Source: Emiliania huxleyi CCMP1516
Lineage: Eukaryota
Length of the DNA: 64,000 nt
Direction: 5' to 3'
NCBI RefSeq assembly: GCF_000372725.1
Contig: NW_005201392.1
Location: forward strand, 537,660-601,659
The position numbers were made by a program, and so were the translations under genes. The stretch's first letter is position 1, and each line of letters begins with the position of its first letter. This document shows positions 32,441 through 45,057 of this stretch, piece by piece. Below the pieces are notes generated by a model. It was not told where the DNA came from and made no database searches. It saw nothing but the letters and a program-made list of their open reading frames with translations.

Positions 32441-34934
32441 TGTGTGAGTGCGTGTGTGCGCGCGCGCCTGCGCCGACTCGCGCAGCTGGCCGCTGCCATG
32501 CCCCTCGGGGGCGAGGAGCTTGAAGTAGTTGTACTTGTGGTCGCCAAACGTCGCGTCGGCCGTCCACACGATGCTCGGCGGCGTCGGCGAGTCCGGCGAC
32601 GGCGCGACGGGCGCCGCGCCGCTGCCGGCGCCGCTGTCGACGACTCCGGACAGGTGCGGCCCGCTCACCCCGTGGATGAAGCGCCAGCCGTTGTGCCGCG
32701 GGTAGATCGCGTAGTACCGCTTCGAGTAGCCGTAGCCCGACACTTCCTCGCCGCGCCACGACGCGACGCGCGCGGTCATCTGCGGCCGGTGGATCACCGG
32801 GCCGTCGGAAGACCCGTCGGCGCCCGCCGGGATCCAGCCGAAGGCGTGGCCCTCCTTCGCTCGGAGGCGCAGCTCCGGCCGGCCTGTCGACGCGCCGTCG
32901 CCAACCTGCGCACGGCGCAGCGCGGCGATCGCCGACGCCGACGTCGGCCGCAGGTCGATAGCCACGCTCCCGTCGCCGCCGTCGGCGATGGTGATCTCCT
33001 CGCCCTCGAGGAAGAGGCCGGGGGCGGCGCGGTCGGCGGCGAGGGGGGTGTACGTGTTGACCAGCTCGACGGTGCCGAGGCCGGGCTCGTGCAGCCACGC
33101 GGTGGTGCTCTGGAGGCTGGCGGTGTGGAAGACGCGCAGGGCGAGGAAGAGACCGCCCCCGAGGAAGAAGTGGTACCTGCAGCTCGGGATGCAGCTCAGC
33201 TCCCCGCCGGCGTGCCGCGGGCGGGGCAAAGCGTTCCCCGACTGTCGCAGCGCACACTCAGTAGTGGAGACAGGCAAGCACGGATGCGGGGCAGACAATT
33301 ATGGATGCCACCGATCTGAGCGGCGGACTTACCGCTCTTCCCATCTATGATTCTTACTGCAGCGAGTCGTGCAGCCCTGGCGTGGGCAGCGAGCTGTAGG
33401 GCAGCGGCGGCTGCCGCACCGGACGGCGCAGCAGCTGCGCCGAAGATGCCTGCGTCGCCGCCACGCCGAAGGCTCCGCCCGACACCGCCGTGGCGGCGGT
33501 GGCGGCGGCGGTGGCGGCGGCGGTGGAGACGGCGGCCGCCGCCGCGTCACCTCCGCCAAACGACGCGCCGCTCTCGAGGATGCGCACGGGCGCCGTGCGT
33601 GCCTTGAGCGCCTGGGCGCGGCGGCCACGGTGGAGGCTGCGCTCGTGGCCGCCCGGCTTGCGCCCGGAGAGGCGCACGCCGCCGATGCGCCCGCCGGCGA
33701 AGAGGTTCGCCACCTGTTCACAGCCAGAGGTGTGAAGAGACGCTGTTCACACCATCATGCCCGCCGGCAAAGGGGCTCGCCACCTGGACGTAAAAGTGCT
33801 GCCGCGTTTCAAAGACCTCCCGGCCGTGCAGCGCGACCGCCTCGGCCTCCGTCAGGCTGTACTCGTCGCTGCGCGCCCGGCACCACACCGTCCACGGCAC
33901 CGAGAGTTCCGTCGCCTGTATGTCGACGAACCCGCACCCCTCCAGCTCAGAGACGTACCCGTCGATCGACGTGACGCTCGGCGCCTTGACGAGGTCGAGG
34001 AGCGTGCGCGCCTCCGCCTCGGTGGGCCGCGCGACCAGCACGAAGTCCTCAATCACGAAGGTGCCGCCCTCGCAGAGCGACTCGTGCGCCTACGCGCTGA
34101 GTGCGCCGACATCAGGGCGGGGAGACGGTATTGTGCAGAATACTGAGAGCACCGCGGGAATACGAGGGAGGCGAAGGCAGTGAATGGAGCCGAATACGGT
34201 CGAATACAGCGGAGTGCGTGTCCCCTCGAGCGCGGGTTGGAGTACGATACCACGCTTCTAGGCCCGCGCGCCGCCGCGAGCACCGCGCCGCGGTCCGGGA
34301 GGTGCAGGTTGACGAGGTGAGAGACTGCGTGGTCAAACCCGCCCGCCGGCGTCGGCAGCGTCAGGTTCGGGTCGGCGGCGTCGCCCTGCACGAAGAGCAC
34401 CTACGGGCGAGCCACGGCCGCGCTCGCCCGCGCCGCCGCCAGCGGCCGCAGGCTCGGCGCTGGAGTCGTCGCCCGGTCAGAGAGGCCGGGGATGCGTGCG
34501 GTGAGGGCGGCGGCGGCCTCGCACAGGTCGGGCTGCAGCTCGACGCCTGGGTGCGGGGACGGAGCCACGTGAGCCGGCGCGGTGAGGGGTGAGCCGCCCT
34601 CGCTGCAGGCGGGCGACGCGCCGACGACGCGGCAACCGGTGGTGGCGGCGAGGTAGCGAGACGTGCCGCCGATGCCGCTGCCGATGTCGAGGACGGTGGA
34701 GCCGGAGTCGAGCCCGAGGAGTGCGGCCGCCTCGTCGCAAGCGTCCGTGCCGCCGTAGTGGTACTGGTCCAGGTGGCCAAGGCTGTACAGGTCTTCGGCA
34801 CAAAGGGGGCCGTCCGCCTTGCCCGCCTTGTCGAGCGCGCTGTAGACTGCGCGCACGCGCCAGTTGTACATGCGGCCAGACGTGAGCGCGCTGGCGCCGT
34901 CGCGACTCAGCGCGGACGAGAAGGCACGGCGCAT
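32030..34934 (-). CDS. Class I SAM-dependent methyltransferase (sarcosine/dimethylglycine N-MTase-like) fused to an unrecognised beta-rich C-terminal domain
   Basis: LDQYHYGGTDA, VLDIGSGIGGTSRYLA (motif I), GVELQ, QGDA, FVIEDF. Continues through an Ala-rich linker and a frame-preserving GT-AG intron at 33177-33357 (HDSLQ|YHFF) to ...GLAYNERCFGCLW* at 32030-32032. Confidence 0.82.
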
Positions 34935-35968
34935 CGCATGCACGTGCCACAAACCTCCGATCCCCGTCAGCGGGTTTCTTTCTTTCTTTCTTTCCCCAGA
35001 AGGCCAAAGAGTCATTTCTTTCTTTCCTATTCACAGACCTTGTTCTTGATAAGGAAATATTCTTTGGGCTCTGCTCTTCGCGTCCTGCTACCTCCTACCT
35101 GCTCGCCTCACGTGGCCACCTCGTCATTGTATCGACTCAGTCGGGCCATCGCATGTTACTCCTGTCGTCTGTTGTGATGTTGTGCCCTTGTTTGTTTCTC
35201 TTTGCCATCCCATCGATCGTTTGTGCGGGCGGCCCCGACGGAGACAGATAGATAGATGAATGACACAGTCCTCAGTCGTTGGCCTGTTACCGGGTATATA
35301 CTTTTCCGGCAAACAAAAAGGAAAACAGAGGGTCTCCAGCACTTTGCGTTTCCGGAAATTTCCAGGGAAAACAGAGGGTGTTTGGTGCTCCATTCTGTTT
35401 CTCTCGAGTTTCCCTCGGGGAAACTCGCGAGTTTCCCTGACTGACTGAGTCTGAGAGCTGGTCTGGGGCAAAATCTGAGGCGAAACCGAGGAAACCGGCA
35501 AAATACCCGGGTATTTTTTCCAGGTATACCCGCAAAATACCCGGTATTTTGCCAATTTTGCTGATTTTGGGACCAAAACAGCCTCAGACTCGGCTCAGAG
35601 CCAAAAAATTGACGATTTCCCCCGAGTTTTCTCGGGAAAATAGAGAGGAAAAGAGAGGGTGCTGTAGAGAAAAAAGGAAAAAAGACGGGGTGCGAGAGGG
35701 AAAGCATATACATACATACAGCCTAAACAGTCGTGATTGATTGATTGATGAAGAGGGGCCTGGGTGGGGTGGGCAGGAAGGAGGACACCACGCCCGCACA
35801 GAAGCAAGCCTGCCGGCGGCTGAAAAAATAGGCTGGATTGAGGTCGTGCGGCTGGATCGAGATTCCCAACCTCATTTCTCGGAATGAATAGCCGATATGT
35901 AACGAGCCAAAAAGAGGTGCGGACGGAGACGAGAGCCCGGGGCCGCGCGGCCCCGGGCGGCTGGATCG

Positions 35969-36727
35969 ATGCCGGGGATCCATGCTGTCGTGTGGGCGTG
36001 CCTCGCCTTCTTCTTCTACTCCACGGGAGGTTTTGTGGTTGCGCTGAGCGTCCCGAGTCCGGCCGCAGGGGAGAGCGGTGCCGATAGCATCGGCAGCGCA
36101 GTTCTGTATGCGCTCGGGCTCGCCGATGCAGTGCCATCGGGCGTGGACGGAGCGCTGAAGGTTTCGCGCGGCGCGCACCTCGCCGAGCTCGCAAGAAGTC
36201 GAGACCTACGAGAGGAGCAATCTCGAGGACGCCTCTCGCACGCCTCCCTCCCCCACCTTTTCACGAGGGCAGCTTCGGCACCAGTGGCACAAGGCAGTGG
36301 GGCCGGGCCGAATCTCAGCCGCCAACTGTCCGAAACGTCCCCACCGCCGCTTCCGCCCCAGCAGCCTGGGACACAGGTGTCTCAGGGTACGACGTTCACT
36401 CTGAGCATCCCGGGGAGCTTCGCTTTGCACAGCAAAACTTGCGGGGCACCCATTGGTGCGGCGATTCGGACGCAGACATTCTTGGATCTTATGAGCAAGG
36501 AGCTTAGCCCGAAGGATATCACGTTGATTGACCCCATAACGTGCGAGGTCACCACGATCACCTCTCCGTCCTCGCCGCCCCTGCCGCCTCCCCCGTCGCC
36601 GCCTCCACCATCGCCGCCCCCACCATCGCCGCCGCCACCCTCTTTGCCTCCTCCCTCCATGCCGCCGCCTCTGACTCCTCCATCCCCACCTCCGCCCTCC
36701 CTTGCCCATTCCGTCCTCCCCCTCTAA
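35969..36727 (+). CDS. N-terminal part (signal peptide + SPPP linker) of a secreted Pro/Cys-rich protein that probably continues at 40842
   Basis: MPGIHAVVWACLAFFFYSTGGFVVALS is signal-like. The ORF ends in SMPPPLTPP, matching the SMPPPLTPPPSL...EVTKC lead-in of the Cys repeats. Sequence degrades near the gap. Confidence 0.6.
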   Translation: MPGIHAVVWACLAFFFYSTGGFVVALSVPSPAAGESGADSIGSAVLYALGLADAVPSGVDGALKVSRGAHLAELARSRDLREEQSRGRLSHASLPHLFTRAASAPVAQGSGAGPNLSRQLSETSPPPLPPQQPGTQVSQGTTFTLSIPGSFALHSKTCGAPIGAAIRTQTFLDLMSKELSPKDITLIDPITCEVTTITSPSSPPLPPPPSPPPPSPPPPSPPPPSLPPPSMPPPLTPPSPPPPSLAHSVLPL

Positions 36728-36937
36728 ACTTCGCTGGATACGGACTCTCCTGGGCCTTCTACTCTATTCCGCCCGCCGGCATTTTATTTGGTCACTTAAC
36801 TTTTTTCACCGTGGCTCCTCTAGCGATCCAATTTCCGNNNNNNNNNNNNNNNNNNNNNNNNNNNNNNNNNNNNNNNNNNNNNNNNNNNNNNNNNNNNNNN
36901 NNNNNNNNNNNNNNNNNNNNNNNNNNNNNNNNNNNNN

Positions 36938-38417
36938 GGGGGGGGGGGCTAGCACCACGGCCAGTGAGCCGCAAACCTCCTCCTCGCTCTCCCCGACCCG
37001 CGCCGCGCCACCGGCCTCGATGCGAGTCCACCACCGCGCCTCGCAGGCGGCGGCGGCGTGATGCTCCTCGTGCTGCTTTGCTCGGTGGGAGGCTGCTGCT
37101 GGGCGGCGCAACGGTTCGGCGTCAAGGAACGCGGCGCCGGCCTCCTCGCCAGCATAGAGGGAGGCTCCAGCTATGAGGCGGCTGGCTCCGGCGCGCTCGG
37201 CTTCTAGTTTGTTTGTCCCTCGCGCCCCGCACTCGGGCCAGGAGTGGCTGTTCCCGGGCATTCACACTATGTTCCTGAGATAATTTGGCGATTATATCCA
37301 TAATCCCTGGTCTGGCCGGTTCTTTTCGCGGTATCCGCGGCGGGATATGGCGGGATATGGCGGGATACCGGGAGATACCGGGAGATACCAGGAGATGCAC
37401 GTGGATATGGATGAGATACGGAGCCCCCATGATGTGTTCACGACAACGTCCGTCAAGCGTGAAACCCAAAATCGGACGCATTCGCGCTTCGACGGCCCTT
37501 GTGGCGATATTGCGCGCGATATTGCGCGATATTGCGCGATATTGCGCGATATTAGGCGATACTCGGCGATCATTCAGGGATCCGTCGCGCTCTGCGGCCG
37601 GAGCGCGGAGAGAGGCCGGGCTGCTCGGCGTGAGGCGGGCAGGATACGGAAGGATATGGCGGGATATGGCGGGGTATGGCGGGATATGGCGGGATATGGC
37701 GGGATATGGTCAGATATGGAGAGATACATCAAGATACCGCAAAAGAACCGGCCAGACTAGGGCTTCCATAAGGGATTTCATCCCTTTTTGGTTTTTGGAG
37801 ACTCGTGTTTCGGATGTTTTTACGGTTGTTTTTGGGTAAAACGTATACAGCGAACGCGATGCGGCCTCTGCCTAGCTTCCTGCTTCTATGCGCGAGCTAC
37901 GGCGTGACCGCTATCGCTAACTTACTTAAAGTACCTTTGCGCAACTGCGGCGCGGCGCACGGTGCCTCCGGGGGCCCCCGCCTCCCCCCAGCTGTGTCCC
38001 TAGAGGTGTCTTTGACATTTGACTTCGATGTCTGGTGGGGGACGATTTATGTCTGGTGGGGGACGCAGGTGCTCAAAGGTTGCGGGCGTGTCACCACTCG
38101 CGCCTTGGCTCTCGACACTGGGTTCTGGACATGCAACGACATGCCGAAAAGGGAGCGATCCGCGGCGCAGGCACGCGCTGAGGCCGTGTATAGACGCGCC
38201 AATCCGGATGATAGGGGCGATCGGGGCCGTGACCGCAGGGCCGAGAAGGTCGAGTACAGACGCAGACTCAAGAACGCGAGAGCGGAGGCTTCTAGCGCGG
38301 CCGCCGTCGAAGAGTCGTTACGCTCTCCCCGATCCGTCAACCGTGATTTCTTGCTCTACATGTACACCTCTCGAGTGGCACGAAACCCGACCAACGCGTG
38401 GCGTGGAACCATAAAAC

Positions 38418-38460
<43 letters not shown>

Positions 38461-40741
38461 TGTGTTGACCCGGGACCCGCGGGCTTACGTCACCCTTACA
38501 GAGCTAGACCTAGAGCTACGATGATCGATGTGTACGGCTTTACGAACAGAGACACGAATATCACGATCGTCCAGCATCTTGGTGGGACACGTCATGCGAG
38601 AGACACACGTTTTGCGTTCAGTGAGTAGAGAAGTGTCCATGGGACACCATGATCCACCATCGGATCGCACAACAATCAACATGCACATGGACATGGACAT
38701 GCACCCATGTGCATGCACATGCACACGCACATAAATCATAATATGCCCCGTAACAAATGCACATGCACATGCACATGTGCGTGTGCATGTGCATGTGTAT
38801 GTTGTGCATGTCGCATGTGCATGTCGCATGTGAGATGTGTGTATGAGAGCACGCTGACTAGGTCCAGCCCTGGGAGTTGGGTGGCACGGGTTGTGACATT
38901 TGGCGATGATAGTAAACGGGTCAGAACCGGCCAAACACAGGCTACAGCCCATAGCTCCTGGAGAGCATGCGCGAGTGACGCGCTACAAGAGGCGAGAGTG
39001 GCACGATCACGCGAATCAGTACAGTATTGCTGCACCTCGCAGCTGCACCGCGTGTGCTCGCAGTGTATGCCACGGCCGCCGCCTGCGGCATTGCTCTCGT
39101 GCAGCTAGGCGACGCAGGTCCATCAGCAGGGCTCATCCAATGCGAGCGCACATTGTGCGTAGCCGCGGGCAGGTGGCAGTGCACAGTCGTACACCGGCTG
39201 TGGCGGCTCGAATGCCCCCGGCAGCAATGCTGGTCATTAACTTGCGTATTGGGGCCGCAGCAGACTGCTGCTGTTTCAGCAGCAGCAGCCTGCTGCTGCC
39301 TGATTCAGTCAAGCCACAGCGGTGCAGCGAGGCGTGCAGAATTCGCGCGGTTTGGTACCTCCTGAGGCTGAGCGCGTTCAGACCCGGTGACCGGAGTTGG
39401 ATGGTCCGATGGAGCTCGCCGAGCTCCATCGAACCATCCATGGCCGGACGGCGGAGCGTGAGGTAACTACCGGAGAGATGTACCGCAAGACAAGAAAAAC
39501 ACGGCTCTGACGGATGTCAAACGTCAGATCTGTGCCACCCTGGGCTGGACCTAGTCCGCTGCTGTGTGTATCACTCTTCATTATATCAGCGTGTCTCACA
39601 CACAGCGTGTCTCTCACCATGTGTCTCACACACTCAACGAGCATTCGGGAGGATCGTCGGCCTCCCCTTTTTGGCAGCATGCCCCCGGTGTGCCCAGCGT
39701 GCCGTCGCATTTGGAGCAGAGCCCGGCTGCGTCGCCGCAGGTGTTCCAGCACTCGCCTGGCCCATTGATGTTGTTGCAGCCCTCGCACTTGGTCACCTCG
39801 GGCGGCGGGGGCGACGGCGGCGGCGGCGACGGCGGCGGCGGCGACGGCGGGGCGGGCGGCGGCGGCGCTGATGGGCCCTCCTCGGCATCGGGGATGCTGT
39901 CGCCGTCCGAGTCGGGGTCGAGGTGGTCCGGGATGCTGTCGCTGTCGCTGTCGCCTGTGCCCTCCTCGGCATCGGGGATGCTGTCGCCGTCCGAGTCGGG
40001 GTCGAGGTGGTCCGGGATGCCGTCGCTGTCGCTGTCGAGTGCGAGGCCTGTCTCGGTTGGGACGGCCGCCTCGGAGAGCCTGCGCCCCCCGCCTGTCATT
40101 TGGCACGCCGTGCCGATGAAGATTCGGCAGGTGGACCCGAGCACCTGACACATCGGATGCACAAACCTGGTTTAGTGGCGGGCTGCGCACGCGGGGTCTT
40201 CTTTTGCACGCACCTCATAGCCGCATGACCCTGACTTCGCCTTCGCTTGGGCGCAGCACCCTTCGGCGCCAAGAGCTACGTCGTCGTGACTATCTTCTCC
40301 GGTGATTCTGCTTCCGTCGCAACCCACGGTCATAGACTCGCACCCTGGGCATGGTGTTGCCGGCGATGGCGGAGAGGGCGGCGGGGCGGACGGCGGCGGC
40401 AGCGAGGGCGGTCCAGGTGGGAGCAGCACGCACGTATGGTAGCCATCGTACAAAAAGCTGGTGTCGGGCACCCACGAGCATTCGGGAGGATCGTCGGCCT
40501 CCCCTTTTTGGCAGCATGCCCCCGCTGTGCCCAGCGTGCCGTCGCATTTGGAGCAGAGCCCGGCTGCGTCGCCGCAGGTGTTCCAGCACTCGTCTGGCCC
40601 ATTGATGTTGTTGCAGCCCTCGCACTTGGTCACCTCGGGCGGCGGCGACGACGGCAAGGAGGGTGGCGGGGTCAAGGGCGGGGGCATAGAGGGTGAGGGG
40701 TTCGAGGGTCGCCGTCGGCGGCGGTCGCCGGCCGCCGACGC
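36938..40741 (-). repeat. Gap-flanked ~3.8-kb contig that is an inverted near-copy of ~42310-46010 (probably an allelic or misplaced contig)
   Basis: Identical ORFs on opposite strands, e.g. 38047..38340(-) = 45068..45361(+), 39133..39441(-) = 43999..44307(+), 39923..40228(+) = 42699..43004(-). Confidence 0.92.
37305..37762. mobile_element. MITE-like element (458 bp) with ~30-bp terminal inverted repeats
   Basis: Left end CCCTGGTCTGGCCGGTTCTTTTCGCGGTATC; right end GATACCGCAAAAGAACCGGCCAGACTAGGG. Interior has (GGGATATGGC)n and (GATATTGCGCG)n arrays. Absent from the homologous site at ~45647. Confidence 0.85.
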
Positions 40742-40841
40742 NNNNNNNNNNNNNNNNNNNNNNNNNNNNNNNNNNNNNNNNNNNNNNNNNNNNNNNNNNN
40801 NNNNNNNNNNNNNNNNNNNNNNNNNNNNNNNNNNNNNNNNN

Positions 40842-43826
40842 ACTCGGAATAAGCGCCCTTGACCCCGCCACCCTCCTTGCCGCCCTCGCTGCCGCCCGAG
40901 GTGACCAAGTGCGAGGGCTGCAACAACATCAATGGGCCAGACGAGTGCTGGAACACCTGCGGCGACGCAGCCGGGCTCTGCTCCAAATGCGACGGCACGC
41001 TGGGCACACCGGGGGCATGCTGCCAAAAAGGGGAGGCCGACGATCCTCCCGAATGCTCGTGGGTGCCCGACACCAGCTTTTTGTACGATGGCTACCATAC
41101 GTGCGTGCTGCTCCCACCTGGACCGCCCTCGCTGCCGCCGCCGTTCCGCCCCGCCGCCCTCAATGTCGCTGCCGCCGCCTGCGTCACCGGCGCCGCCCTC
41201 GCCGCCACCGCCCTAGCCGCCACCTCCATCAGCGCGGCCGCCGCCATACCCGCCGTCGCACGCCGCCGCCGTCGCCGCCGCCGCCGTCGCCCCCGCCGCC
41301 CGAGGTGACCAAGTGCGAGGGCTGCAACAACATTAATGGGCCAGGCGAGTGCTGGAACACCTGCGGCGACGCAGCCGGGCTCTGCTCCAAATGCGACGGC
41401 ACGCTGGGCACACCGGGGGCATGCTGCCAAAACGGGAAGTCCGACGATCCTCCCGAATGCCTGTGGGTGCCCAACACCAGCTATTTGTACGATGGCTACC
41501 ATACGTGCGTGCTGCTCCCACCTGGACCGCCCTCGCTGCCGCCGCCCTCGCTGCCGCCGCCCTCGCTGCCGCCGCCCCCGCCGCCCCCGCCGCCGCCACC
41601 GACGTCTCCGCCCGCGCCGCCTTGTGGGCCGGGCTACGGGCAAGTCGCGGGCGATGTCGCCAACGCCGGTGCAATCAACGGCGTCGGCAACAACATGGCG
41701 ATCACCGGCTGCGACGTGTGCTCCGACGCTTGCGACAACGAGCCGTTGTGTATGTCGTACGAGTGCAGCGCGGTGCAGCTCCTGTGCAACCTCAACACGC
41801 AGACCTGGCCCGACGGGTACCCGAGCTCGAACGCGGACTACGAGGACTTCGCCTTCTGCGTCAAGCTTCAGCCGCCGCCGCCCTCGCCCCCGCCCTCGCT
41901 CCCGCCGCCGCCACCGACGTCTCCGCCCGCGCCGCCTTGTGGGCCGGGCTACGGGCAAGTCGCGGGCGATGTCGCCAACGCCGGTGCAATCAACGGCGTC
42001 GGCAACAACATGGCGATCACCGGCTGCGACGTGTGCTCCGACGCTTGCGACAACGAGCCGTTGTGTATGTCGTACGAGTGCAGCGCGGTGCAGCTCCTGT
42101 GCAACCTCAACACGCAGACCTGGCCCGACGGTNNNNNNNNNNNNNNNNNNNNNNNNNNNNNNNNNNNNNNNNNNNNNNNNNNNNNNNNNNNNNNNNNNNN
42201 NNNNNNNNNNNNNNNNNNNNNNNNNNNNNNNNATTCTGACAGCGAACCTAAGACCACACAACAATCATTGCAGCACTAGAAGAACGACCGGAGGGGGACC
42301 AAGTCGGAGAGCAGGAACAACATCAATGGGCCAGAGAGTGCGAGAAACACCTAGGGGGAAGCAGCCGGGCTCTGCTCCCAAAGAGACGGCACGCTGGGCA
42401 CAGCGGGGGCATGCTGCCAAAAAGGGGAGGCCGACGATCCTCCCGAATGCTCGTGGGTGCCCGACACCAGCTTTTTGTCGATGGCTACCATACGTGCGTG
42501 CTGCTCCCACCTGGACCGCCCTCGCTGCCGCCGCCGTCCGCCCCGCCGCCCTCTCCGCCATCGCCGGCAACACCATGCCCAGGGTGCGAGTCTATGACCG
42601 TGGGTTGCGACGGAAGCAGAATCACCGGAGAAGATAGTCACGACGACGTAGCTCTTGGCGCCGAAGGGTGCTGCGCCCAAGCGAAGGCGAAGTCAGGGTC
42701 ATGCGGCTATGAGGTGCGTGCAAAAGAAGACCCCGCGTGCGCAGCCCGCCACTAAACCAGGTTTGTGCATCCGATGTGTCAGGTGCTCGGGTCCACCTGC
42801 CGAATCTTCATCGGCACGGCGTGCCAAATGACAGGCGGGGGGCGCAGGCTCTCCGAGGCGGCCGTCCCAACCGAGACAGGCCTCGCACTCGACAGCGACA
42901 GCGACGGCATCCCGGACCACCTCGACCCCGACTCGGACGGCGACAGCATCCCCGATGCCGAGGAGGGCACAGGCGACAGCGACAGCGACAGCATCCCGGA
43001 CCACCTCGACCCCGACTCGGACGGCGACAGCATCCCCGATGCCGAGGAGGGCCCATCAGCGCCGCCGCCGCCCGCCCCGCCGTCGCCGCCGCCGCCGTCG
43101 CCGCCGCCGCCGTCGCCCCCGCCGCCCGAGGTGACCAAGTGCGAGGGCTGCAACAACATCAATGGGCCAGGCGAGTGCTGGAACACCTGCGGCGACGCAG
43201 CCGGGCTCTGCTCCAAATGCGACGGCACGCTGGGCACACCGGGGGCATGCTGCCAAAAAGGGGAGGCCGACGATCCTCCCGAATGCTCGTGGGTGCCCGA
43301 CACCAGCTTTTTGTACGATGGCTACCATACGTGCGTGCTGCTCCCACCTGGACCGCCCTCGCTGCCGCCGCCGTCCGCCCCGCCGCCCTCGCCGCCGCTG
43401 CCGCCGCCTCCGTCACCGCCGCCGCCCTCGCCGCCACCGCCCTCGCCGCCACCTCCATCAGCGCCGCCGCCGCCATCCCCGCCGTCGCCGCCGCCGCCGT
43501 CGCCGCCGCCGCCGTCGCCCCCGCCGCCCGAGGTGACCAAGTGCGAGGGCTGCAACAACATTAATGGGCCAGGCGAGTGCTGGAACACCTGCGGCGACGC
43601 AGCCGGGCTCTGCTCCAAATGCGACGGCACGCTGGGCACACCGGGGGCATGCTGCCAAAAAGGGGCGGCCGACGATCCTCCCGAATGCTCGTGGGTGCCC
43701 GACACCAGCTTTTTGTACGATGGCTACCATACGTGCGTGCTGCTCCCACCTGGACCGCCGCCTGCACCGGCTCTTCGTCTGTGTACTGTGAGTACCGACT
43801 GTGAGTGTGTGAGACACATATGGTGA
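40842..43826 (+). CDS. Repetitive extracellular protein: Cys-rich ~75-aa repeats, PAN/apple-like repeats, thrombospondin-type-3-like Asp-rich repeats, SPPP linkers (fragmented by gaps)
   Basis: EVTKCEGCNNINGPGECWNTCG...CCQKG...YHTCVL occurs at least four times; CGPGYGQVAGDV...CSDACDNEPLCMSYEC...CNLN twice; DSDSDGIPDHLDPDSDGDSIPDAEEG twice (42891-43052). Confidence 0.78.
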
Positions 43827-44995
43827 GAGACACGCTGTGTGTGAGACACGCTAAAATAATGAAGAGTGATACACACAGCAGCGGACTAGGTCCAGCCCAG
43901 GGTGGCACAGATCTGACGTTTGACATCCGTCAGAGCCGTGTTTTTCTTGTCTTGCGGTACATCTCTCCGGTAGTTACCTCACGCTCCGCCGTCCGGCCAT
44001 GGATGGTTCGATGGAGCTCGGCGAGCTCCATCGGACCATCCAACTCCGGTCACCGGGTCTGAACGCGCTCAGCCTCAGGAGGTACCAAACCGCGCGAATT
44101 CTGCACGCCTCGCTGCACCGCTGTGGCTTGACTGAATCAGGCAGCAGCAGGCTGCTGCTGCTGAAACAGCAGCAGTCTGCTGCGGCCCCAATACGCAAGT
44201 TAATGACCAGCATTGCTGCCGGGGGCATTCGAGCCGCCACAGCCGGTGTACGACTGTGCACTGCCACCTGCCCGCGGCTACGCACAATGTGCGCTCGCAT
44301 TGGATGAGCCCTGCTGATGGACCTGCGTCGCCTAGCTGCACGAGAGCAATGCCGCAGGCGGCGGCCGTGGCATACACTGCGAGCACACGCGGTGCAGCTG
44401 CGAGGTGCAGCACGACATTCTCACTGACCCCAGGGGTGCCACTCTCGCCTCTTGTAGCGCGTCACTCGCGCATGCTCTCCAGGAGCTATGGGCTGTAGCC
44501 TGTGTTTGGCCGGTTCTGACCCGTTTACTATCATCGCCAAATGTCACAACCCGTGCCACCCAACTCCCAGGGCTGGACCTAGTCAGCGTGCTCTCATACA
44601 CACATCTCACATGCGACATGCACATGCGACATGCACAACATACACATGCACAACATACACATGCACATGCACACGCACATGTGCATGTGCATGTGCATTT
44701 GTTACGGGGCATATTATGATTTATGTGCGTGTGCATGTGCATGCACATGGGTGCATGTCCATGTCCATGTGCATGTTGATTGTTGTGCGATCCGATGGTG
44801 GATCATGGTGTCCCATGGACACTTCTCTACTCACTGAACGCAAAACGTGTGTCTCTCGCATGACGTGTCCCACCAAGATGCTGGACGATCGTGATATTCG
44901 TGTCTCTGTTCGTAAAGCCGTACACATCGATCATCGTAGCTCTAGGTCTAGCTCTGTAAGGGTGACGTAAGCCCGCCCGCGGGTCCCGGGTCAAC

Positions 44996-45057
<62 letters not shown>

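Noticed and set aside
39626..40741. A separate minus-strand paralogue of the Cys/TSP3 protein
   Set aside because: Near-identical inverted copy on a gap-flanked contig; more simply an allele than a second gene, though not proven.
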